NCBI RefSeq assembly: GCF_006345805.1
Contig: NC_043001.1
Location: forward strand, 62,868,001-62,932,000
DNA from: Octopus sinensis
Taxonomy: Eukaryota
Direction of reading: 5' to 3'
DNA: 64,000 bases
Shown here: positions 24,274-36,909 of the stretch, in pieces
Position numbering within the stretch: the first letter of the stretch is position 1
How the letters are laid out: each line of letters opens with the position of its first letter
Notes under the pieces: model-generated
Told to the model about the DNA's origin: nothing
Seen by the model: the letters and a program-made list of their open reading frames with translations, nothing else
Databases searched by the model: none
Position numbers and translations under genes: made by a program

Positions 24274-24842
24274 GTGCGGAATTACTTTTACTGTCTTAAA
24301 TCTAGCAAATACACGTTTTCTTCCAATTTAATAATGCAAATAAGTAATTTTTTTTTATACATGTTAAACCAGTTTCATGAAAGTGAAAAATATTTAAGGA
24401 TATCTTAGAATTCAACACATTTAGTCATTCATTAAATATTGAGAAATCGTTTCTTGCTGAATAATATAAAGGAAAACAACAAAATATGTAAATCCAATGT
24501 TTATAATGAACATGATCCATATACAATAAAACGGTAAATTTATAGCCTGAAACACCAAAAGGTATTTAAAACGAATAGCTTTGTGTATTTCAACAGTCTG
24601 CAACTGCCTGAAGTTAGCCTATGTTCCAATACATGTAACTTACAGAAAACTTCTTAAAATGAATTACAATGAAGTTATATGAGTAATTAAGAAAATATAT
24701 CCTTTCAGTAGTTTAGACTTATTAAGCCAATAATATACCAAATGTGTTCCAGCATGGCCACAGTCAAATGACTGAAACAAATAAAAGAATATTCGTATTA
24801 TGTAAAAAATGCCACAAGTAATAATAATACACACGTGTGTTA

Positions 24843-25235
24843 TTACTCAGTCCATTGATGAATACATTGTTGATTAGTACAAACATAATATAATTTCATG
24901 CCTTCCTCGGCCTTGGAACTATGAGACTGGAAAAATACCGCTTGTCTATGACCGCATCTTGGACAAGGATGATCTTCTGTTCTCGGCAATGTTGGATCAG
25001 CTATTACATCACCAATAATCTGTGTGAATTCATCCACTTCAGCAGTGATTCTGTTCACATAAATACACGTGTTGTCGGCAATTTCCTGATATTGACAATT
25101 ACGACATGCATACAAGAGAATTTTGTTAGCTTTGTCTTCTTTAGGATACAACATATTGTTGCATTCTTTACAGAACTTGATACCAACAAAACCTGGACCA
25201 GAATCAGTCGGTTCAAAAAAGTCTTTATCAGCCAT
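24843..25235 (-). CDS. POLR2I: DNA-directed RNA polymerase II subunit RPB9, complete intronless CDS (130 aa)
   Basis: Strong match to human RPB9 ([20 protein letters not shown]...LYACRNC...[25 protein letters not shown]...LYYVC...C.H.WTE). Both Zn ribbons are intact (C22/25/44/47; C91/94/119/124). It lacks the RSADE motif of RPA12/RPC11. Confidence 0.98.
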   Translation of the reverse strand: MADKDFFEPTDSGPGFVGIKFCKECNNMLYPKEDKANKILLYACRNCQYQEIADNTCIYVNRITAEVDEFTQIIGDVIADPTLPRTEDHPCPRCGHRQAVFFQSHSSKAEEGMKLYYVCTNQQCIHQWTE

Positions 25236-25844
25236 TTAAAATAATTAACAGGTTTGGAAAGAAGAAATCTAACCTAAGAAGTTTTCATAAATCCCGATAA
25301 TGACGAAGTAGAATCAAAAATTGGGTAGCATATATGTAAACGTTAGTTTCGTAAATAAATATAGCTATTTAAAACCTTCAAAACTAAATCATTATCAAAA
25401 GTTACATTTATTGAAAATTAATATATTTTATCTTCTTCAATATTAAATATTTTATATTTAAATTTAAATTGATACAGAATATTTGGTGGTTATATATGTA
25501 TAAATTTTATGTATATAACCATATTTTTATTAACAGAAATAATGTAAATAATAAAAAAGATATGATAAATTAATTTAACAATAATAACCTCTCAAACAAC
25601 TCATAATATTTAGAAATTCAATAACAAATTGTTATAGTATCATATTATTCGAACAATTTTTGAAATTCATTTATGATAACGTTAATAGTATGCAAATAAG
25701 CTCCTATTTCATCATGCCGGTTACCGTCTAATGATACTGACTAGCGAGCCAGTTTTTCGGGGTTGCATCATGGTTATATCGATATAATGTAAGATAAATA
25801 TAAGAATAATAATTCTAGGATAAAGTTTATAAATACTTAATACC

Positions 25845-25926
<82 letters not shown>

Positions 25927-25954
25927 CGGAAATGTGTATAGATACAATCCAAGT
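25236..25954. promoter_or_regulatory. Shared divergent (bidirectional) upstream region of RPB9 and KRR1
   Basis: 719 bp between the two ATGs; AT-rich, with a small CpG-containing patch (about 25715-25785) and a (CT)n(AT)n tract at 25848-25926. Promoter function is inferred from the geometry. Confidence 0.6.
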
Positions 25955-26000
25955 ATGGCGTCGCAGCAACTTCTCGAATCCCCTGTAAAAAAATTAAAAG
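25955..26000 (+). CDS. KRR1: KRR1 small-subunit processome component, coding exon 1 (MASQQLLESPVKKLK, phase 1)
   Basis: ATG in aagtATGG context and a GT donor at 26001; the phase joins exon 2 in frame. The N-terminus is poorly conserved, so this exon is less certain. Confidence 0.65.
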
Positions 26001-26686
26001 GTGATTCTTCTTTCATACGTTTGTTTTTATACATCATATTTTCAGAATAACTTTTTATGACTTAATGTTTGAGTTTTAAAATAAATTTCTAACGTATATT
26101 TGTACTACCTTTCATTCATTCTACACGTGCTTCTTTACACATGTTTTGTCGTCCCGATTTTCATTAGAAAATAAAAACTGTTTAAATGCGTTACAGATCT
26201 ATTCTTGATGTTGACACAATAGAATGAGTATTCTATAACTAAATTGATATCATCATTTAAGGCAATCTAATTTCGAGTAACATTCTATTATTTTTATTCT
26301 TAACTTGCTGAGTGATACTCTCAAATATATACATGTGTGAATGTAGTTAACATTAATAGTTATTCTTGAAACAAGTTATAACAGTGGAAGGAATTTTCAC
26401 CAATACTCTCAATAGAACTTTATTAAAGCCATCAGGCAATATGCTTCTGCTTTTCTATTTCTTTCTCTTCTTTTTACTGCAAATGTCAACAAAGCGATGG
26501 CCAAATTACTTTAGGATGGCATCAGTTGTGTGTTAGTAGTCTTTAATACTAGACATGCAACTATTATTGCCTGCTAAAATTGCTTATTATATTAATATTG
26601 GTAGCTATCTGCTGTGTGATATGATCATTCAGCAGCATCAGTCATGATATGTACAAGAATGAAATATATAAGATACATTTGAATGA

Positions 26687-27200
<514 letters not shown>

Positions 27201-27440
27201 AGGGTTTAAAGTATAAGAGGAAGAAGAATAAGTTGTAGAGAGAATGAGAATGATCAGGTGGAGCTGCAAAGAGATACATACTTGAAATATCCTTAGATTA
27301 AAAAACTGGTGTGTAGAATAGCTCTAGATTTTGCATAAATCAGTAAAAGTTTTGTTTACTGATTTCTGTATTAGAACAAGTGTTTTTCAGCTTTGCTCTG
27401 AACACCTATTGTATTTGTCACTGAGGGGACAAAATCGCCT

Positions 27441-27577
27441 AGTACTTATTCTATCAGTCCCTTTTGCTGAACTGGTAAGTTACGGTGACATAAACACACT
27501 AACATCAGTTGTCAAGCGATGGTGGGGCAACAAAGAGACACACAAATACACATACACACACATACATACATACACAT

Positions 27578-27616
<39 letters not shown>

Positions 27617-27777
27617 CATGATGGACTTCTTTTGAGTTTCTGTCTACCAAATCCACTCACAAGGCTTTGGTTGGCCCAAGGCCATTGTAGAAGACACCCA
27701 ATGTGCCACGCAATGGAAGTGAACCTGGAACCGTGTGGTTGGGAAGCAAGTTTCTTACAAAGTCACTCCTGGGCCCA
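27441..27777 (-). mobile_element. tRNA-derived SINE copy
   Basis: Same family as 1368-1690. Confidence 0.75.
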
Positions 27778-27804
27778 TATATATATATATATATATATGT
27801 ATGT

Positions 27805-28120
27805 ATCATCATCGTCATTTAACTGCTGCTTTCTGTGCTGGCATGGGTTGGACGGTTTGACTGAGGACTGGCGAGCCAGATGGCTGCACCAGGCTCCAAT
27901 CTGATCTGGCATAGTTTCTACCGCTGGATGCCCTTCCTAATGCCAACCACTCCGAGAGTGTTGTGGGTGCTTTTACATGCCACCGGCACAAGGGCCAGTC
28001 AGGTGGTACTGGCGATGGCCACGCTCAAATGGTGTTTTTTATGTGTCATCTGCACAGGAGCCAGTCCAGCAGCATTGGCAATGACCTCGCTCGAATGTTG
28101 TTCTACACCGCTGGCATAGG
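27805..28120 (-). mobile_element. RTE-LINE 3' UTR fragment
   Basis: catcatcgtcatttaac...gcatgggttggacggtttgactgaggactggcgagccagatggctgcaccaggctcc. Confidence 0.75.
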
Positions 28121-29099
28121 CCACGGGTTATGGTTTCATGAATCAAAACACTGCCCTGTGTTTAATGCGGCCAAATTACAGGTGGGAGACCAAGTGTTGT
28201 GGCCTACGGAGCTGAATAAGCATCCTAATTGTTACTAATAAAATATTGAAAACAAGCCAAAATATCACAGTCTCCTAGTATAAACTGACAAGGAATTACT
28301 TACAGTATGTCAGCAGTCTTGTGGAGAGGTCAGATCATTTCATTATACTTTCTTATATATATATATTGTCTGTTGCAGCTTGATCTTTGAACAAAAAATG
28401 CCTTTGAATGGTGAGTGAAGCAGTTGGTATTGGCCCACCACACTGTCTCTGACTACCAAGTGGTGCACAAGAGTGCAACAGCTTGCTTGTTAGTTGACTC
28501 GGAATGATGATGATACAGATTCTTCTTGGCCACAATAACTTTCAAGCCATTGGTCTAGGACTCCTCCACTTTGTCAGTTATCCAATATCCTTCTGCTGAC
28601 ATCTTTACCATATCCGTAGCATGGGAGGCTAAGGGGTTCCTAGCACTTACTCAAAGTGCCATCCCAGTCTGTAGACAAAAGGAGCAACTCACTTTCCCTT
28701 TTATGGGCCTGTCACTGATGTGGGTGCCATACTGTATATATATATATGTGTGTGTATATATATATATATATAGATAATATATATATAGTGGGTAAATCAA
28801 ATCTGAAAAAGAAGCAGTCTCTTAGTTGTAGAGCAGTAGAGTATATAGATAAAGATTGATATAGCTGGTCTGTGAGGTCACCCTGAATTTCATGTCCATA
28901 ATGTACTTGGCTTTACAGTGTCTCTTCAGACCCTAAGCTTATGGCCACTCTACAAAACAGAGGAGGAAAAACTTCATTACTCTGTCAACAACAGAGGATT
29001 TTCTCCCCTACTCATACTTTACCCTGTTATGTGGATCTCAGGACGCCAACAGGAATTTCCTGAAATGCAAGCAGTCTGAAGACCTCCTTCCTGTAGTTA

Positions 29100-29270
29100 A
29101 GGATGTTCCCTGAGTTGAGGGTGTCCTTTAATATCCCTGTCCATTTGGCTATTTATGTAGGAGCCTGGATTTTCTAGGATCATCCATGATATTACATGTG
29201 GAGTTCTGTTGTCCTTCAGTCGCCAAACATAGCTGGCTAAGGGCATAGCCAATATCTCAAAAGAGTGAGT
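29100..29270 (-). mobile_element. Penelope-type GIY-YIG C-terminal remnant
   Basis: LASYVWRLKDNRTPHVISWMILENPGSYINS resembles LSSKIWELKRNNIEFNLKWDIVRKARPYKN at 41005-41301. Confidence 0.5.
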
Positions 29271-29554
29271 GTTGTAAAGTTTAGTAACATCCCACAAACA
29301 CTAAAGTTTTCCCCCAAAATCTAGGGTTTTTATAACTGCTCAACTTGACTTTAAAGAATTGAAATCACATGAAAATATTCTTCAACTAATTTTCAGAATT
29401 CCTATATGAGCAGTTATTTCAACTAATGGGAAAACGACAATCATATTTCTTCAGCAATATGACGTTACATCATATTGCCAGCTACCACTAATTGGTGTCA
29501 CTATTTGAAATGGCTGCACGCTACAATATATATATATACATGTGTGTATATGTA

Positions 29555-29755
29555 TGTTTGTGTGTCTGTGTTTGTACCCCTAACATCACTTGAGAACTGA
29601 TGCTGGTGTGTTTATGTCCCTGTAACTTAGCGGTTTGGCAAAAGAGACTTATAGTACTAGACTTATAAAGAATAAGTCCTGAGGTTGATTTGCTCGACTA
29701 AAGGTGGTGCTCCAGCATGGCCACAGTCAGATGACTAAAACAAGTAAGAGTAAGA
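29555..29755 (+). mobile_element. tRNA-derived SINE, 3' half
   Basis: ...gtaacttagcggtttggcaaaagaga...aataagtcctgagg..gatttgctcgactaaaggtggtgctccagcatggccacagtc. Confidence 0.8.
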
Positions 29756-29929
29756 TATATTATGTAAGATCCTTGTCTAAATTAAAATTTTCTGACTTTT
29801 ATAAATGGTAGAACTAATTAAAAGATAAGTGAAAGAATTATTTGTTATTTAAACAAATTTATGCTTGAGATTATAAATTTTCATAACACCTCCTCCAATG
29901 CTTCCTCTCCTCAAAATTACTTGTCTTGC

Positions 29930-30200
29930 AAGTTACTTGCTGACCTTGCCAGTGCTGGAACCACATAAAAAGCACCCAATCCAGCTGTAAAAACCATGCC
30001 AAAACTGACCTCACCTGTGGTGATGCCATGTAAAAAGCACTCAGTCCACTTTGCTGGATGGTTGGTGTTAGGAAGGGCATCCAGTTATAAAAACCATGCC
30101 AAAACAGACAGTAGCCTGGGGTAGTTTCTACCTGGCTGGCTCCTGTCAAACCGTCCATTGCATGCCTGCATATAAGGCAGACATTAAATGATAATGAAAC
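29930..30200 (+). mobile_element. RTE-LINE 3' UTR fragment (sense)
   Basis: ...ggttggtgttaggaagggcatccag...aaaccgtccattgcatgcctgcatataaggcagacattaaatgataatga. Confidence 0.65.
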
Positions 30201-30799
30201 CATTTTGCAATTCTGAAGTTTTGGAAATGTTTTGAGCTAATATTTGGTGATATCTTTATTCACATTATCATCCAAGCATGCATGACAACAAAGCTTTATT
30301 GTATAAAAAGTAGACTTTACAGAGCTTATAAAATACAGTTGAAGTAATTAAATTTTTTTTTAATGATAAACACTTATGATAAATATTCTGATTGGTGAGC
30401 ATAAAATAATAAACAATTATAGATATTTTGATTGAAGATGAATTAAAACATCATCAAATGTTCTTTGGTCATCTTAATTTTGTAAGCACAAACATGGCTG
30501 TGAGGTTCAAAAACCTTTCTTTGCAACCACATGATTTTGGGTTCAGTCCCACTGCAGACCTTGGGCAGGTGTCTTCTACTATAGCTTCAGGCCACCCAAT
30601 CAATGCCTTGTGAGTGAATTTGGTCAACATTCACTCAGTGTTGATGTTGAATAAGCATGGAGAAAGCCCTGATGAACTACTTTCCCATTTTGGAACTTTT
30701 CTGTGTTATTACATACTCAAATGCAAGACACACAAAACTAAAAAAGAAAGATAATTTGAAAACTTTAATATGAAACTCTCCTATTTACTTTTCTTCTAG

Positions 30800-31012
<213 letters not shown>

Positions 31013-31342
31013 TAGCTGTACCCATCCCATCTAGTATATTGAGAACTAATTCATTGTTGAATGTATCCTTTTCCAGGAGAGCAAGGTAAGATGTAAGGGA
31101 TATTGAGCTGACATTTCTAACAGATCAAGTGACTGTTTAGTGGTTTTACAAAGTTCAATGGTGGATGCTGTGGCCTGTAGTGTTTTTCTTGCAAGAAACT
31201 CACTTCTGTAATGCCTCTAGATAACAGTCCTTTCCTGGTCTAGTCTAAAGGAAGATTTCATCTCAGCAGTGTGAGGTAACAAGACACTTTAATTAAACAG
31301 AATCATTGAAAGGATCATAGTCCATTGTGATTTTCACTGCTA

Positions 31343-33183
31343 GGACAGTCCACTATCAGCTTGACTTTTAGGACAGTGCATAATCAACTTGACTGTTAAG
31401 AGAGTCTATAATCAACTTGACTGTTAGGAAAGTCTGCAAAAAATTTGACTGGTGGGACAGTCTACTGATGAATTTCTTGCTAAAACCATACACTATCAAC
31501 TTGTAGAACAGTCCACTCTCAACTTGACTGGTAGGACAGTCCACTATCAACTTGACTAGATGTATAGTCCACTATGAACTTGGCTGGTGGGACAATCCAC
31601 AATCAACTTGACTGGCAAGACAGTGCACTCTCCACTTGACTTGTAAGGTTCTGCTATCATTTTGCCTCTTAGGACAGTCCTCTATCACCTAGACTGACGG
31701 GACAGTTCACTATCACCTTGAGTGAGATGACTGTGCACTATCAATTGACTTGTAGGACAGTTTGTTATCAACATAACTGGTTGGACAGGACACTGTGAAT
31801 TTCTCTGTTTGAAGAATCCACTATTCAATTAACTGGTAAAACATGCCACTATTAACTTGACTGATAGGAAAGTCCACTTTTAACTTGATTAGTGGCACAG
31901 TTGACAATCAGTTGCATTGATGGGACATTCCACTACTCACTCGACCGATGGAACCTTCCACTATTAGTTTGACTGGGAGGTGGTACAGTCCAATGTGAAC
32001 TTGGGTGATGGGACAGTCCACTATCAACTTGACTGCTAGGGCAGTCCTATATCAACTTGAATGATGGTATAGTCTACTATGAACTTAACTGATGGGACAG
32101 TACACTATCAACTTCACTGGTAGGTCAGTCCACTATTGACTTGACTTGTAGAACAGTCTACTGTGAACGTAACTGGTAAAGCAGTTCATTATGAACTTGA
32201 CTGGTAGGACAGTGTATTACCTGCTTCACTGGTATGACAGTCCAGTATCAATTTGGCTTGCTAGACAGTCCACTGTCAATAATCAGATAGAACAGTCTCC
32301 TATCATTTTGTCAGCTGGGACAGTCTACTATCAACTTGATAGCAGAATGAACTTGTCTTGACTCAACAATTTGCTATCAATTTATCAACTTGACTAAAAG
32401 ACAGTCCATTATCAACTGGACTTGTAGGACAATCCACTATTGACATCACCTGTGAAATTGTCCTCTGTTAACTTGACTGATAGGACAGTCTGCTTTGTAC
32501 TTGACTGATGGGACCCTCCACTAATTACTTGACTGACATGACAGTCCTCTAACAACTCGTGATATGACAGCCCAGACTCAACATAACTGGAATAACAGTC
32601 CTCTACCAAATTGACTAGTGGGATAGTCCACTATCAACTTGACTGGATGTATAGTCCACTATGAACTTGGCTGATGGGACTATCCATTTTGAACTTGACT
32701 GATAGGATAGTTTCTTAACTTTGGCAATATGACAGGACTATGAACATGACTGAATAATTCTGTCAACTTGACTGCTAGAACAGTCTACTATCAACTTGTC
32801 AGATGGGACAGTCACCTTTCAGCTTGTTTGATGGGACAATCCACTATCAATTTAGCTGATTATACACACCCCTATGAAGTGGACTAGTAGGACAGTCCAC
32901 TATCAGCTTGTTTGAAGGGACAGTCTACTATCAGCTTAACTAATGGGGCAGTCCACTATCAACTTCCCTGTCAGTTTGACTAGTGTGATAGTCCAGTGAC
33001 TGGTGGGTCATTCCACTCTCAGCATGGCTGGTAGGACAGTTCACTATCAACTTGGCTGGTAGGACAGTCCATTACCATCTGGGCTGGTGGAACAATCCAC
33101 TATCAACTGGCTTGGTGGAACAGTCCATTATCAACTTGACTGATGGTCTACTATCAACCTGACTGGTGGGACTGTTCACTATC
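31343..33183. repeat. 28-bp minisatellite, about 65 degenerate units, consensus GGACAGTCCACTATCAACTTGACTGGTA
   Basis: Period read directly, e.g. gaacagtccactctcaacttgactggta / ggacagtccactatcaacttgactagat / gtatagtccactatgaacttggctggtg; lies in KRR1 intron 3. Confidence 0.92.
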
Positions 33184-33528
33184 TAAATGCACAAACAAAG
33201 CCTGTTGCCATCCTTCAAAGCCTCCAAACTATATATTAGGGATTCCAACTAAATGGCCGCATCTCTGGATGACCTGCTTCTTTCTTGTTACACAGTTACT
33301 TTCAGTAGTTCTAGACATTAACTTCCTGAATCTGTCTGGAAGTATGACCTGCAAAGGTCAATGGCACTATGCCTTCTCACTTGACTTACAACAGAAAGAA
33401 TGACCTCCTCCCCCTGAACCACAAGTTGAATGCTTCTCCCAATGTATCAATTAACAATAAACAAATGTTGATCGTAGTGAGAAATAAATGAATGTTATTG
33501 ATTATTTTTTACTGTTTTATCTTTTTAG

Positions 33529-33696
<168 letters not shown>

Positions 33697-34158
33697 TGAT
33701 TTTTCTACTGGAAATGTTTTTCCTTTATCAACTTTGTCTTTATGGCTTTCATCATACAACTGAACTATTAAGATGTTCCTTTTGCAGCCACAAGGTTCCC
33801 AATTGGGTCCCACTGCTTAGGCAAATATTGTTGTAACCTTGGATCATCGTCATACCTTGGGAACAAAATTGGGTAGATGGAAATTGTATTGAAATCAATC
33901 AAATATATTGTACCTGTAATTCAAAGGTACAACCTCATCACATTCTATGTCATGCTGATTCTGCCCAACAATTATGTTAAGGGTAGAATGGGTATGTGGA
34001 ATATTCAGCCATGTTAATGTATGTATGTGTGTGTGTATGTATAAATAGTTAATAAACCACTTAATTTAACACAATCACCTTTTGGTCTTTCAAAGTAGAC
34101 ATGAAAATGTTACATTATTTACATTTGACAGATATTTGTCCTCATCTTGTTTGTTGTT

Positions 34159-34204
34159 AACACAACGTTTCAGCTGATATACCCTCCAGCCTTCATCAGG
34201 TGTC
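34159..34204 (-). ncRNA. Minimal type-I hammerhead ribozyme motif
   Basis: The minus strand reads GACAC CTGATGA A GGCTG gagggtatat CAGCT GAAA CGT T GTGTT: stem I GACAC/GTGTT, intact core boxes, stem II, and a palindromic ACGT stem III as in dimeric Penelope-type minimal HHRs. Confidence 0.7.
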
Positions 34205-34256
34205 TTGGAGAAATTTCGAACCTAGGTTCTCATTTCTAAGGTATTTTTCGATGTTG

Positions 34257-34301
<45 letters not shown>

Positions 34302-34315
34302 TCACTGCTTGGAAT

Positions 34316-35165
34316 CATCATCATCATTTAACGTCCGCTTTCCATGCTAGCATGGGTTGGACAATTTGACTGAGGACTGGCGAACCAGATGGCTGCACCA
34401 GGCTCCAATCTGATCTGGCAGAGTTTCTACAACTGGATGCCCTTCCTAACGCCAACCACTCTAAGAATGTAGTGGGTGCTTTTATGTGTCACTGGCACAA
34501 GGGCCAGTCTGGCAGTACTGGCAATGGCCACGATCAAATGGTGTTTTTTACGTGCCACCTGCACAGGAGTCAGTCCAGCGGCACTGGCAACGTCCTCACT
34601 CGAATGTTTTGTTCACATGCCACCAGCACAAGTGCCAGTAAGGCGATGCTGGTAATGATCATGCTCAAATGGTGCTTTTTACGTGCCACCGGCATGGAAG
34701 CTAGACTGCTGCTCTGGCAGTGATCCCGCTCAGATGGAGCTGTTAGCGCTCCACTGGCACGGGTGCCAGTCATCGAATTTGGTTCAATTTCGATTTCACT
34801 TGCCTCAACAGGTCTTCACAAGCAGAGTTTTGTGTCCAAAGAAGGAAAGGTACACATAAGTGGGCTGACTACACCCCTGGTAAAGGCCATGGGTTATGGT
34901 CTCACTTGTCTTGCCGGGTCTTCTCACGCACAGCATATTTCCAAAGGTTACCTCAACTGCTAGGCTGTGGCACTTTTACACACAGCTATCCCCATCCATT
35001 CTCGCCACATGACCATACCAGCACAATCGTCTCTCTTGCACACCACAACTGATGCTTCTTAGGTCCAACTTTTCTCTCAAGGTACTTACACTCTGTCGAG
35101 TATGCACACTGACATTACACATCCATTGGAGCATACTGGCTTCATTTCTTGCGAGCTTACGCATA
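34316..35165 (-). mobile_element. 5'-truncated RTE LINE (C-terminal ORF + 3' UTR)
   Basis: RKLARNEASMLQWMCNVSV...RRLCWYGHVARM; (GAT)n tail on the minus strand. Confidence 0.85.
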
Positions 35166-36049
35166 CTGGAGGATATATCAGCTGAAACGTGTTAACAACA
35201 AAAAAGATTAGGACAAATATCCGTCAAATGTAAATAATGTACATAATTCCTCATCTCTTAAATATAGAACTGTATTATGAAAATGTTTTTAGAGAGGTTA
35301 CTGATTGAGGAGAATGTATGGAGAAGAGAGAGAGGGAAGGACTATCCTAGTGGGTTCAACATGGTGGCCAACTATTGAAAATGGTAACCATAGGGTTGAG
35401 ACAGTCATCAAAGGTATGTTGGTAGGCAAATTAACCAAACCATCAAAGATAATCACTGTGATACTGAAAATATCTGGCAAACTAGAACACACACTAAGAC
35501 TTCACATTGTCAGTTATGTAACTGAAGCAGGTACCATTCTAATGACTGGTATAGCAGTGCCATCGTCAGCTGCTACAAGAGCAAAGATGAAGAAATGAAA
35601 CTAAAGCAGCACCAAATTGATGGACTGTTATGTATGACCAGTAATTCCTGGTTCAAAGAAACTATTTTCCAGTCATACTCTAAAACAGTAAAGTGTCATA
35701 TAGTGTTATCCATGATATTCTTCATTCAACATATGTTATTCAAAATGGCCACTCTCTCTGATCATCAAATGCGCATTCACTTTATATCATAGCACAATTT
35801 GTATAACATTCCCTCCCACTAAAAAAAAACAAACAGATTACTATAGAAGAGATATAGTTTAGATTTTAACCAAGAACAATTCACTATACATATCATTCAT
35901 TGATCTAAAGATTTTGCACTCTAAGTCTTGTAGTCACTAAGAAAACTGAATGTAAATGATTGACATGTGAAAGCAGTGCGAGTCATGGACAGGAATGCTG
36001 TTAGCAGTGTGTGGGTTAGGGTGAGGCAAAGTGTCAAAATGTGTATTGT

Positions 36050-36700
36050 GTGATATAAACAAGAATATGTTTTTTTGCAAACACTGAATTGCCATTAGAA
36101 CAGCAGAAATACTGGGTAAATTACCCTTACAAGACACAAAAATTTGTCAATAAACAGCCATGGAACTCAAACCCATATCCCCAAAACTTCGGCTGAGTGC
36201 TTTACCATTATGCTAAACTACCTGTTGACAAATTCATCCATGAATTTAGATGCTAAATAGCTTATTAAATATAAACAAACTAACATTTGTTTTTATTAGA
36301 AACATCAAAATGTGTATTGAGCAATACAAACAAAAAGATATTTTTTCTTTCCACCTTTGTACAGGTAATTTACCCAATATTTCTGCTATTTTAACAGCAA
36401 GAAAGTATATTTTTTTCGTGTTCGTCTTATACAATACACATTTCGACGCTTCTAATAAAAACAAATGTTAGTTTGTTTATATTTATATACACATATTGTT
36501 CATTAAGCTATTTTGTGCCTAAATCGGTGGATAAATTTGTCAGCAGGCAGTTTAGCTTAATGGTAAAGCACTCAGCTGGAGTCTTGGGATGTGGATTCAA
36601 GTCTCATGGCTGTTTGTTGACAAATTTTTGTTGTTCTAACGGTAATTCTGCATTTGAAAAATATATCTTCTTGTTTGTATCATATACATATTTCTTAGTT
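36050..36700. repeat. About 650-bp palindromic element with a tRNA-like head in each arm
   Basis: Arms about 36050-36320 / 36432-36690 are reverse complements. + 36546-36613 reads GGCAGTTTAGCTTAATGGTAAAGCACTCAGC...GGATTCAAGTC (A- and B-box-like); the mirror copy is at - 36154-36222. Confidence 0.7.
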
Positions 36701-36861
36701 TGTTGTCCTTTTCCTCTAATATATACCTGCTAGCACGGAAGCCTAATATGGATCTCTCGCTCCAGCTTCAGCTGTGAACTTGGAACCTAACGGATGACCA
36801 ATTATAGTACTTACTCAGTGCACCTATTTGTTTATATCACCAGTGAACTAAACCCCGCATA

Positions 36862-36895
<34 letters not shown>

Positions 36896-36909
36896 GTATA
36901 TATATATAC

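Noticed and set aside
24921-25244. 107-aa plus-strand ORF overlapping RPB9
   Set aside because: It is an antisense shadow of the real CDS.
31343-33183. 28-bp periodic array as a CRISPR array
   Set aside because: Units are contiguous with no unique spacers, there are no cas genes, and the context is a eukaryotic intron.
36154-36613. tRNA-like segments as functional tRNA genes
   Set aside because: The anticodon and T arms pair poorly and the two copies differ widely; they are treated as repeat-embedded tRNA-derived heads.
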